Part shown: positions 27,794-39,512 of the stretch, one piece after another
Layout: each line of letters begins with the position of its first letter
Numbering within the stretch: position 1 is the first letter of the stretch
Assembly (NCBI GenBank): GCA_001643675.2
Contig: LSRY02000059.1
Location: 310,001 to 374,000 of the forward strand
Length of the DNA: 64,000 bases
Source of the DNA: Monocercomonoides exilis PA203
Lineage: Eukaryota; Protista; Preaxostyla
Reading direction: 5' to 3'
The notes under the pieces: generated by a model
Seen by the model: only the letters and a program-made list of their open reading frames with translations
Databases searched by the model: none
What the model was told of the DNA's origin: nothing
Translations under genes and position numbers: made by a program

Positions 27794-30700
27794 TTAGAAA
27801 GGCTTTTCATCATCGTCATATCGATGAACAAGGTGAGTCTGAGCATCGTCATCTTCTTCTTGTAATAATTGTCTTTCCTGCTCTCTTTGATTGTCAATGT
27901 TTGATCCAGAATCATCTTCATCATCGTCACTATCTTTGCTCTTATTTACATCTTCCTCCTCCTCTTCTTCCTCCTCATCCTCATCCTCATCATCAGCTTT
28001 TGAAAGTTCCACTCGAAAAACACACTGATGATCTTCAACAGCATGCACAATAAGTTTACTCTCTTTTTGCTTCTCTGGTTGTGCGCTGAATTGGTTCCTC
28101 TTGTGGTGGATTGAAGTCTTCGATCCAGTTTTATTCCTTTCACTGCTTTGCCCGACCATTTGCAAAGCATGCGGTTCACCTCCTTCTCCTTCATCTTCAT
28201 CGTCACTTGGATCATTCTCTGTGAAATTTCTGTTTCTGCCTATTGACGGAAGCGGAGTAATAACATTTGGGGTGGAGCGAGAGAACTTGTACAATTGAGA
28301 GTTGCGATATTGAATGGGCGTTTGAACCGATGAAAGAAGTCGACTTTCTGACGCACTTCCACTGTTCATATGGTCTTTAGAGTGCTCTTCTGTGTAATCC
28401 TCGTGCTCTGACGTTTTGTCTTTAGATTTTTCTTCTTCTCCTTCAGTGTCAGTTTCAATCAACTCGAGTTCAATAGTTTCTGCAAGAGGAGATGGCTCGT
28501 GTGAATTTTCTTCTGAAATATGAGCAGCCTCTTCAATTTCTTCTGAAGAATGAGGTTCTATTTCTTTTGTCTCTGTTTCTATAGACAATTCGCTAGGTTT
28601 GCTTTCATCACTCTCACCAGATTTAACTGCATTTTCTATGTCTGCATGATCCCCTTCAAATTCTTCTTTCTTTTCATTTTCATTATCGTTTTCATTCTTA
28701 TTTTCATTTTCGCCTTCTTCTTCTTCTTCTTCAACAATTTGTGTGCGTTCCATTTCTTCTGATTTCTCCGAACGCACATCCTCACTATTTTCTTTATGTT
28801 CATTTGCTTGTTCATCTCTCAAGTGATCTTGAATTTCTTCTGCATCTGATGAATTTGCAATTGGCTCAAGTGGCTGTGCTGCTTCGTCTGTCTGCAAATA
28901 ATTGCTTAATGAAATATTTGAAGATTTGTGTGCGAGTGATCTTTCTGGTTGAGTCATTGTTAGTGTCAAGTTAAAATCATCAAATGAATCTGAGACTGTT
29001 GAAGTTGGTTGATAAATGTCTTCTTTTCGCTCATATGCTTCATTGCTAACTTGCTTATTATTATTATTCTCGATTGTCGTTTCTTGATTCACTTCTTTAT
29101 CATCCTTTTTTTCTTCCACTTCTTCATACTCATATTCATACTCTTCTTCTTCTTCTTCTTCCTCCTCCTCCTCTTCTTCTTCTTCCTCTTCTTCCTCTTC
29201 TTCAGCTTCCTCTTCTTCTTCATATTCAGATTCTTCAACTTCTTCAACTTTTTGAATGCTTTTCAGTTGCTCCATCTTTATGTTCAATTGTTCCTTTGCT
29301 TCTTCCAATTGCTTGTTGATCTTTTCTTCAAAATTCTGTTCGACTTGTTTCATTTCATTTGTTGCAGCCGAATTTGAAGCATTCACTTCTTCCGCCAAAC
29401 GCTTAAGTTCCTCAGACAATTGGTTTATTTCTTCATTTGTGTGATTAGCTGCATTCACTGACTGCTCACAAGCATGTTGCGATTCTGTTATCGCTTTGAT
29501 GCTATTTTGCACCTCTTCATTCAGATTCTTGATATCATTTGCGATTCTTCGGCACTCGTCCATTTCTCTCAATCTTTTTGACTGGTCTCGCACTCTGTCT
29601 TCAGATTCTCTCTTTATTTCTGTGCGAAGCATTTCTCTATCTTCCTTTTCAGCCATTCGCTCTGACTTCTCTTCATTAAGTTCTTCACGAAAGCCTTTAA
29701 TGGAATCAAGCGCATCTAAATATGTTTGGTGCATGCTTTCTATTGATGCTTTGTCTTCTTCTCGCTCTTGAATCAGATTGTTGATTAAGCTTTGCTGAGC
29801 AACCAGCTGCTGACTGTTATTCGTATACTCGGATTTCAGCTTGTTTATATCTTCAATCATTTCCTGCCTGATCTGCTTCTCTTCCTCTTTGCTCCTCTCT
29901 TCTTCTTCAATCCACCGTCTCCTTTCATCTTCAATTCTCAACGTTTCACTCGAAATAAATTGTGACATAACTTTTGACAAAGCTGTTGAAAACGATTGCC
30001 CTTCATCTTCGTCTCCTCTTTCTTCGGGATCAATCAGAGACAAAGCGCTCTGTGCAACAATTGTTTCAACTTGCCTCGGCAGCTCTTCCAAATACACTGC
30101 TTTTTCAGCAGTTTCCTTCACAATCATCTTTGTTTCAGCCGCATCTCGTTCTATCTTGTTCAAGCACTCTGCAATAACTTGCTGATCTTGAAAGTTTTGT
30201 GCTTGCAAAGCAGACACGTGACTTTTAACACTTTCTGCTATCAGCTCTTTTATTGATGATTGAGGCAATGCAGCAGAACCTTTTCGAAAAGACGACTCTT
30301 CTGCTCCATCTTCATTGCGAAGTGATGAATTATTCGTAATAGAACTTATTTCTTTTTTCTGGTGCTTCAGCTGCTCTTCCAGAATGCACAGCGAAGAAGC
30401 AATTTTTTCTGAAAAATTATCCAACACTTCTTGCACATCATTTGCTTGTTCCTAAATAATACATCAAATATTTTGTTTGCAGTTTTCACATTAAAAATTG
30501 GCAGGGAAATATTAAAAAATTTATTGTTTTCAAATTTGCAAGATTAAAATTATTCACGTAAGTAACTTTTATGCAAACCTCAAGTCGTTTATGGAGCGAA
30601 GTTTGGAGGGATGCGACCTTCACTTTCCATTTTGCTTCAATTCTCTTTTCAGCTGCTTCCACCGCAGATTCCACAGCTTCTGCAACAAGCGATTTTAAGG

Positions 30701-31597
30701 ATTCTTCTGACACAGAAGACGCTGAAGGGTTTGCTGTTTGTTGCAATAATGAAGTCGAGAGACGATTTGAAAGAGATAATGAAGTAGATGAACTGTTGAA
30801 AGGAATTTGGCCAGTCGTTCCTCCTAATCCCCTCGTTTGTCCTATCGTCGAATCAAGCATTTTCATTTTTGATGCTGCATCAATTTCCATTTGAGAAAAA
30901 GAAGCCATCGTTTTTAAAAATGAATTCTCAGATGGTTGAGGTTCTTGCTTTTTAAGAAGGGATAAACGCATTAATGGATTTGCTGAACCTTGATGTTCTC
31001 TTTCGATTTGATCAATGCGAGAGAATAACGAGTCAATATCAGTTTTAATTGTACCAATGGATTGCGACAATTCACCGATGGAATGCGTATGCTTTCGTAG
31101 AGAAGCAGAATGCTGATCAATATAAGATGATTGAGATTCAACTGTACATTCAAATGATGCTATTGAAGCCACAATCGACGCTACTTGCTTTGAAATAAAG
31201 GCAAGTGATGAAGGATAGGCTTGTTGTGAACTAACTGAAGAAGATGTTGATTCCAACGAATCAGAGGCAATTTGTTTTTGTTGTTCAAGATTCTTAATCA
31301 GTGAATGAGGAAGGGAATAAAATGCTTCTCCGAGAGATTGTTGCGATTGTTCACATTTAGTTAAACGTGATTCTTGTTGAATTAATGATTCATTTATATT
31401 GTTAAATTGTTTTAATTGCTCGTTAAATTTCTTTTCTGATAATGACTGTAACAATTGGGCAATTGTTTGCTTTTGACCTTTCAAAATACATTTTTTGAAA
31501 ATAATTCAACGAGTTAGCAAATAAATGCTAAAAACTTTCACTAACCTGTTTCTATTAATGGATCATCTTCATAGGAAGATTTTTGTTTTGCGTCCAT
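27794..31597 (-). CDS. Hypothetical coiled-coil/acidic protein (about 1200 aa, 3 exons)
   Basis: Exon MDAKQKSSYEDDPLIETG (about 31546-31597) joins ORFs 30486-31484 and 27794-30436 via GT-AG introns. Heptad- and Glu-rich. Confidence 0.65.
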
Positions 31598-31965
31598 TGG
31601 TCTCAAGACCAATATAACCCTTTTACTTTGAATCAAGATCTCTCATAACCATAAGCTTTTAATAAACTTCACTCAAAGATTCAGCTTCATTCATTTTCAA
31701 AACAAACAATAAAGATTTTTTATTGATATTTCATATATTGCTATAAAAATTCAAAAATAAATGATATAAACATTTAAAAAGGTGTTTTTTTGCATTTTGA
31801 GCAATCTAGATACACACAACTACAACTCTTTTGAAATACTAAAACTTTCACATTTTTCATGTTATGAAATTCGCATGCATTTATTCATTTACCATCCTTT
31901 TAAATCATATCCAAATTATTCATTCAAATCATAGAATCGATAAATTCAATCGAATTATCTCTCGC

Positions 31966-34900
31966 TCAAGTGGATGGAACGCTGTGTGCACTCTGCCCAG
32001 CCTCTCCTCTGAAAATGCTGCTTCCATGAACAGCAGCAATAATCTTTGTGCGAGGAAGTACTATCATTTCTCGCGCCTTCATTAAAAGCAATACACAAAT
32101 GAATAGAAAGTGGTAAAATAATAAAATTAATTAATTAATTAAAAAAAAAGAAAGAAAATGTGACTTCTTTATTTGACATAAGAATAAGAATGGATAAAAC
32201 CTTCTGTTCCAAAATCAATTCTTGCTTTTCATTTTGCACCTCCAGCTGTCTCAATGCTTTGTCGCGTGCTTTTGTCAGCTCAGCCAATTTTTTCTTTTGC
32301 TGGTCTATCAAAGCAGCATAATCAGATCTAAGAGAATTGCATTTCATTCAAATAAAACGGAAGTTAGATGAGAACGAATGGGATAAAAAAATAGAAAAGA
32401 ACAACGAACAAAAGAAAGAAAGAGAGGAAGGAAGGAAGGAAGGAAGAAAGAAAGAAAGAAACAATAAATAAATGGAATTGCAATTAATCGTTGTTTATTC
32501 TCAAACTTCTGCTTTGATGGCTCCTTTGTCGCATCTTCAAGCAAGTTCTGAATCTTCTTCTTTTCAGCATTCGCCTCTTCCTTTCTTTTCTTCATCGCTT
32601 CCATCTCTTCCTTAATCTTTCCGTTCTCATCTTCGCTCTTCTGCTCTTGCGCCGCAGCTTCCTGGGCGGCCTTCCTTTGAGCAGCCAGTTTTTGCTTCAA
32701 AGTGATGTACTGTGAGTGAAGAACAAGAAGAGAAGCTAAACTGTTGGGAGACGAATCAGATGGAATGAATAGATTTGGAGTTAAGTCTGATCCTTCTTCC
32801 TCTTCTTCTTCCTCTGCCTCTTCCTCTTCATCACCATCTTCTTCTTCCTCTTCCATTTCTTCTTCATCCATTTCTTCCTGCTCTTCCCCATCTTCTGTTT
32901 CCTCTTCAATTGAATCGTCCTTTTCATCTTTTTTGTTCCCATCAAGCAAATCATCCACCACTTCAATTCCCTCCATTTCAGAAAGAAGTTGCCTCTCATC
33001 TGTCATTTCAGAAGACTTCCCATCAGAAATAACTCCTTCCCTTTCCTCTTCTCTTCCTTCAACCGTCTGGCGAAGTGCTGTTTGAATTTCTGCGCTTTTC
33101 TTCTGAGCAGTTCGCATTTCTTCCTCCAAAAACGAAGATAAAAGACTGTTGTATTTTTGGAGCTGCTCTTTATTTTGTGGATTCTCATTTTCCAACACAT
33201 TTTCCTTCATCCTTTCAATCCCTGAGCCAAATTCCAGCGCCATAATCTGCTCCTTCAACGCAGAAATGATCTTTTCCCCACTTTCACACAGAACCATCTG
33301 CTGTGTGGTTGCTTTCAACTCAGAATTCAACGCCCTTCTTTCTGCTGTTCGTGTGTCTGCCTCTTCCTGCAGTGCAGCAATTGCCTCGTCTCTTACACTC
33401 TGCAGCTGCGCCACCCGCTCACTCACTTCGTCTGCCCCATGTTTTCCTTTCCATTCATGCTCAATCTCCTTCTGCAGCTCTTCAAACATCGCTGCTGCTT
33501 CTTCTGTCGATGCCTTCTCCATTGTTTGTGTGGCTGCTTCTTTCTGCTCATCCAGTTGTGCTCCAACATTTTGCACTTCTTGTTCCATCTGCTGTGCTCT
33601 TTGGAGAAGATAATCAATCTGAGCAGACTGCAATGAATCATCCACTGTCAAATGATCAGAATTGTCTCTTGTGCCCTTTTGTGTGTCATCTTTCACTCCA
33701 TCATTCTTTTCAGTCTTCATTTCACTCTGTTGTCTGATGCCTTCCACAGAGCAGTAGAAGTTCTGTGTCCATTTCACAAACTCCTCTTCTTCCTGTGCAG
33801 CAAGCATCCTTTTCCTCGAAATCAGCTTTTCTCCTCTTTTCACCCTTCTCTGCTGCTTCACCGCTTTCGCCTTCCTTTTTTCCTCGTCTATGAGCATCGT
33901 CTGCAGCTCGTCTATTTCTCCGTCTAATGTGTTCTCTTCGGCTGCTGTTGTGTCGAGGGAGCTCGATTGGCCATCAAGAAATGTAACAAGCGCTTTGCAG
34001 AAGCAGCGGCCATCCAACGATTGAGAGTTTGATGTTGATGACACATCTTGTGGATTATCTGGAGAAGAAGGTGAAGCTGTTGAAGGAGATGAACTTGTTC
34101 CACTTTCCATAAACAGCTCCAGATCGTCAATTAAGTCATCGTCTTCGTCTTCACTTTCATCAATTTCATCGTCATTGTCCTCATCATCACTCAACTCTGA
34201 TGTTTTTGACTGAGACGATTCGCTTCTTTTCTTCTCTCGTTCATTCGCTTCTGCTTCAATTCTGTTCAGAACTTGAAGCTTTGCCTCTGCTTTCTTCTTC
34301 TCCCCTTCTTCAAAGAGCTGTGTTAGAACTGCTATGTTCTTTTCTCTCTCTCTCTCTTCCTGCTCCATCTTCACCACGCCCTGCACTGCACCTTCCAGTC
34401 CTCTCTCTTCCTCCTCCCTCTTTCTCTCCATCCATTCTCTTCGCTTGTCCAGCACAGCCAGCTCGTCCTGCTGCCGCATCGCTTCTGTCATCAGCGACGT
34501 CAGCTCATCACGCAGCTGCCCTGTCTCATTCTGAACTCTCCTCGCTGCCATCGCCACTTGCCCCATCGCAGCAGAATGCGCAAACACTTCGTTCTTATCG
34601 TCATATGCAGAATTTGACTTTGATGAACTTGCAGAAGAAGAAGAGGAGGAGGAAGAGGATGATGATGCTGAAGAAGAAGAAGAAGAAGATGATGATGATG
34701 AAGCAGACGATGAACCAGAATTGCTTTGACTCTCTTCCATCTGCTCCTGCTCCATCATCTGCTTGAACTGCTCAAGTATTTCTGGCGGGAGTGTGCTGCC
34801 TGTCCAGAGCGATGAGTTCATCTTCATCCATTCGAGACGCCATTTCAGTGCTTTGTTGCCGCTGATCAGACGAGCGATCTCTCTTTGCGCTGCCTCCACT

Positions 34901-36533
34901 TTTCGGTTCAGCTCAGCCACGCTCAGCTGCGCATTGCACTTCACTGTGTTCTTCAAGCTTTTTGCACTAAACATTCAATGAAGCATTAAGGGGGATAAAA
35001 TTTCATTGATTGTTTCGAATGAAATATCACAAGAAAAATAAAAGTTGTTCGCATTCGAAGTTGAATAGAGTCAAATGAACAATGCTTTTCATTTGAAGAT
35101 GATTATTTTAACAAACCGTTGAGCAAACATAAGTGTCGAAATAGTCTCTTCTGCATTAAATGGATGCGCACTGGCACAGACAAGCAGCGTGGTTTTGCAG
35201 TTCCCTCCGAGTGATTCTTGAAGCAGCCGAGTCAGTTTGCTATCACGGAAAGGAACATGTGGGATCCCCTCGACAAGCGCATGTATACACATTCCCAGTG
35301 CAGAAAGCGATTGATTAATTTTCTTTGCCTAAAATTTAAAAATAAGAATCGGCGTTTTGATAATTGAAATAAAACAAAAGCATTTAGAGTTTCATTCAAA
35401 GAAAAATATCAATTGATATTTTGAATTTCATTAATTGATTTTTAATAATAACAAACTTCGTTGAGTGTTTGTCCAGTTGCTCCAGTCTTTTTCACTTTCT
35501 CTGAACCAGCCAGATCAACAAGATTCAACTTTCCTGTTTTTGTGGTTCCTTCGGGAGATTTCTGCTCTATCATTATAATAAAAACGCTGTGACTTCGCGA
35601 GCTTTTCGCATTCATCTGAGTGAAAGAAACAGCACGTGATGCCTCTCCCAACTTCAATAATTCTGATACTTCATCTTCTGATCTAACACACTTGAAGTTT
35701 GTAATTTAACATCATAAAACAGAAATATGTGGTTGATTAAAAGTTTATAAAGAAAAGTATTTACAGATAAAATTCTTCAAACAAGTTCAGTTGCATCGCC
35801 AACATATATGCCCCTTGTTGGAGACTCTCGCACTTGAAGATTAGATTGCGCTGGATTGAATAAATCTCTAATTTGCTCATTATAGATTTCAAGAAACGAG
35901 CATTTAGCTATGTATTCTGTTTCACTTTTGTCGTTAGCAATGTGATTAAAAATGTGTCGTGATGCTCTTGGAATCACTCCTTGAAGATCCTCTGCTCCAA
36001 TATCTGGACCAAACATTGAAAAACTTTTTCCAGCTCCGGTTTGTCCTAAATAATTGTTGATTACCTTAAAAGTCGAAAAAAATCAGTATCAAACCATATG
36101 CAAAAAATGTGCCATTAAAACCATTAATGACGTCGTTTACCGTCTCTCTCGCGGAATCTTGAAATAGCTCTACCTGTACAATTTTCAATCGATTCAGTTT
36201 ATTGTGTGATTTTATTCTAATCAAATAAATCAATAAACAATTCAAACTTGTGTTGTGTCTGGAGGGAAAATTCTATCAAATCTAAAGGTTTTCTGCCCCT
36301 CTGGCATTTCGATTTTAACAACATCTTTCCCCTCATATTTGATTGAAAATTGATCTTGGTTCGCTACGACCTCTGACATTTCACGTTGATTAAAAGGACG
36401 AAAACGGCATACAACTCTAATAACACATAAAGTCGTTTCAAAGAAATACACATAAAATAAAATAAAATATTGTCCATCTTCTAAATATCATACATAATTC
36501 AAACCTGATTCCACAAACTGTTTCGTTATTCAT
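31966..36533 (-). CDS. Kinesin heavy chain-like (kinesin-1 family-like) N-terminal motor, multi-exon
   Basis: [27 protein letters not shown] (P-loop), [44 protein letters not shown], neck [15 protein letters not shown], long coiled-coil stalk. Confidence 0.9.
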
Positions 36534-36716
36534 GACAGTTTTTGTTATGGAACAGGAAATTTTTATTAAAAAAATTTACAATTTTTTATTTAAAAAGTTT
36601 GATTTGTTGTCAAATACGTTATTGCCTCTCATGCATGTTCAAAGAAATCATAAAAAAAATAATCAATGATCAAAAAAAATTGAAATTAAACGAATATTGG
36701 CTTTTTCATCACCAAT

Positions 36717-39452
36717 TTATTTCTTTCTTCTTCCACCTCTCTTCTGGGTCTGCTTTGCAACAGCCATGATCTTCTCCTTTTTCTCATCCATCTCAATTTC
36801 CTCTGCAGATCGTGTGATATGGTGGATTTCATCAACATTAGTGGAACCTTGAGAAACACCCTTTGCATAAATGTTTGTTGTTTTGCCTTTTCCTTTCTTT
36901 GACTTCGAGTCCACATACTTTCTGCTAATCCATCTGTTTGGATCAGGCTCAGCCATTGGGTTATAAGACTTGGGGTATCTGATCTTCCTCTTCCTCTTCT
37001 TCTTCCTCTTTTCTGTCTCTTCAGCCACACTCGTGTCTTTAGCCTTCGATTTCTTCGATGCTTGGCTTCCCTTTGAGCTCATCTTCGCCTTTTCCGAAGA
37101 GCATCCTTTCAACAGCTCAGCAAAGCCTTCCAGTGAATTCACATCTTCTGTGTCTAAGATGTCCACAGAAGGCACATCCAGCATCTTCTTCTCTGTCACT
37201 GTGGGATTCAGAGCACATTCAGAAGTGATGCGACCCTAATAAGAAATTTTGATAAAAGATGATATATAAAATATTATGTTTGTTATTATTATAATTCAAT
37301 AAATAAAAAGAAATACAATGAAAAATATAAAAATCAAATAAAATAAAATAAATTCTTCATACAATTCTTCCAAATCTCTGGTAAGTCTCTGAGCTGCTCA
37401 GCATCTTCCAGAAAGTGATGGCGCTTTCGTAGTTCTGCTTCTGCTCTGAGTGTCTGGCTGCAGACATCGCCATCGAGCAGAAGATGGTCTCGACAGTCTG
37501 CACAGGCAGATGGAAGATAGGCGCATTGATCTGCCCGAAGCTCTGCTGCTGGGACTCAGAAGAAGAGGAAGAGGAGGGCACAATGGAAGAGGACGCAGCT
37601 GTTGAGAGGGGGACTACACCTGACTGGCAGTGGATGAACGGCAGAGAGAGGAGTGTGCTCATCGAAGGGAACCAGCGGGACGAGGCTGGCACGTCTGAGG
37701 AAACTGTGTCTGGAAGCGTCGGCACAGGCAGATTCAGCGCCTTTATCATCTCTTTCTCTTGTGAGTCTCTGATCTTCCTGTCGTCCCTCAGCTGCCTCAG
37801 CAGACTCGCTGTCTTTTCGAAGTCTTCAGTCGTGTTCTTCTTCGCTCCTTTGTCTCCTCCTTTCTTCCCTTTGCTCTGAATCGCGTTGAGCAGCCCTGAA
37901 ACAGGTGGCATCATCCGCAGCACAGGGTGGAAGTGTGTCATCAGCACCTGCTCTGCCTCGTCGTTGCGCCTCAGGCGGAAGAGCAGGTCAGCCATCAGAA
38001 GAGCCACACGCGATGTCTCCACAGGAGAAGGTGTGGCGCTGAAGGCATCGAGGAAGTCCCGCCCAATCTGCTCCATTCGCGACAGCTGCTTCTGCACCAC
38101 GCCTGCATACAGCATCTGCATCACGACGCCTCTTTCGTCGTGGATGCCCAGTGACTCGATCTGGTTCACGTAGTCACGCACTTGATCGAACTGGGGGAGG
38201 AAGGAAGGAGGGAAAATGAGAAGGAAGAATAATTGGTAAGGAACGAAGATGTTTATCAATTAAAAAAGGAAGGAAGAAAGAAAACAAGAAAGAAAGCAAT
38301 ACAAAAAATATAAAATTATTAATTAGATTTTCATAAAATAATTAAGTTTCAGAATAGCTACAAGCCTTTTTGGTGTTCAAAGACAGCGCAAATTTTGTAA
38401 AATGGATGATGCTGCGCTGAATCCCATTCAACTTTGTTTTCATAACGCCTTCACTCGAAGCGGCTCGAACCTATTTTATGTGACAGCAAGTAACAAATAA
38501 AAACATATGTCAAATATGTTCACAGAAATCAAAAGTTCAATGTTGTTAGCTGTGAATATTTCACATAAGAATGACGATTACCTTTTTAATGTCGATATCT
38601 TTGCAATTCCTTCCGAGAAGAGCAGCTGAATTCGCACATGCAACAACCAATACAGCTGGATCAGAAGGACGCAATTGTACGAGAGTGTCAAATATATGCT
38701 GCGCTTCCTCAAAATTGCCTGTTTTTGCCAGTGCATATCCTTTTTGTGCTAATATCACTGCAGTTTCATTTGCAATGTATTCTTCGTCTTCTTCTTCATT
38801 TTCTTCTCTACAAATTCTTTCGCTTTCATCGAGAACAGCTATTGCAGCAGAGTAATTTCCCATTGCAATAAAGCAACAGGCTTGATTGTATAAAGATTCA
38901 AAAGAAGGCGAATCTCCGCTTTTCTCTCCTGATAAGACAATTTTTCTAATTTCCTCAGGACGTGACATAGAAAGTGCTGCAAGGTAATTTGTTTTTAATT
39001 CCTCGTCTTTTGGATTTTCTTTAAACAAATCTCCATAAATCCTGGCGGCTCTTTTGAATTTTTCAAGTCGGAACGAAATTTGAGCATCCAAATGACGAAC
39101 GCACAAAGGAGGATTTTCAATCGATTTGATTATTGGATAAGCTTCTGCATAACGTTGTTGACGATATAAAGAATATGCCTTTTCAAAAAGTAAATTTTCA
39201 TCCTCTCCAATAAATTCTAGTGCTTCATCAAAGTTATCCAAGTGAAGGAGGCAAAGAACTTTACATTTTCTTGCATCAATATCATTTGGCTTGATGGAAA
39301 GAACTGGATAAAAAAAAGGTTAACATCAAAGCGTAGAATTGAAAAAGCAAACTTTTATCTGACAGCTCCTCTGCTTCTTCATACTCTTCTGCTTGAACTT
39401 TTTCTCCAATACGTAAAAATAATTGGTCAACTTTCTTTTTATCGGAAGACAT
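36717..39452 (-). CDS. SRP72: Signal recognition particle subunit SRP72, multi-exon
   Basis: N-terminal TPRs (FEKAYSLYR, LDAQISFRLE, ESLYNQACC) and C-terminal KKKRKRKIRYPKSYNPMAEPDPNRWI RNA-binding motif. Confidence 0.9.
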
Positions 39453-39512
39453 TGACAAGATCTTTGATCAATCACATGTATAATAATAAAATTAGAATTC
39501 TTGGATAACAAA

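Noticed and set aside
23764-31597. Possible fusion of the coiled-coil protein with the carboxypeptidase
   Set aside because: The upstream ORF ends cleanly at DDEKPF* with no donor nearby. The CCP 5' exon remains unresolved.
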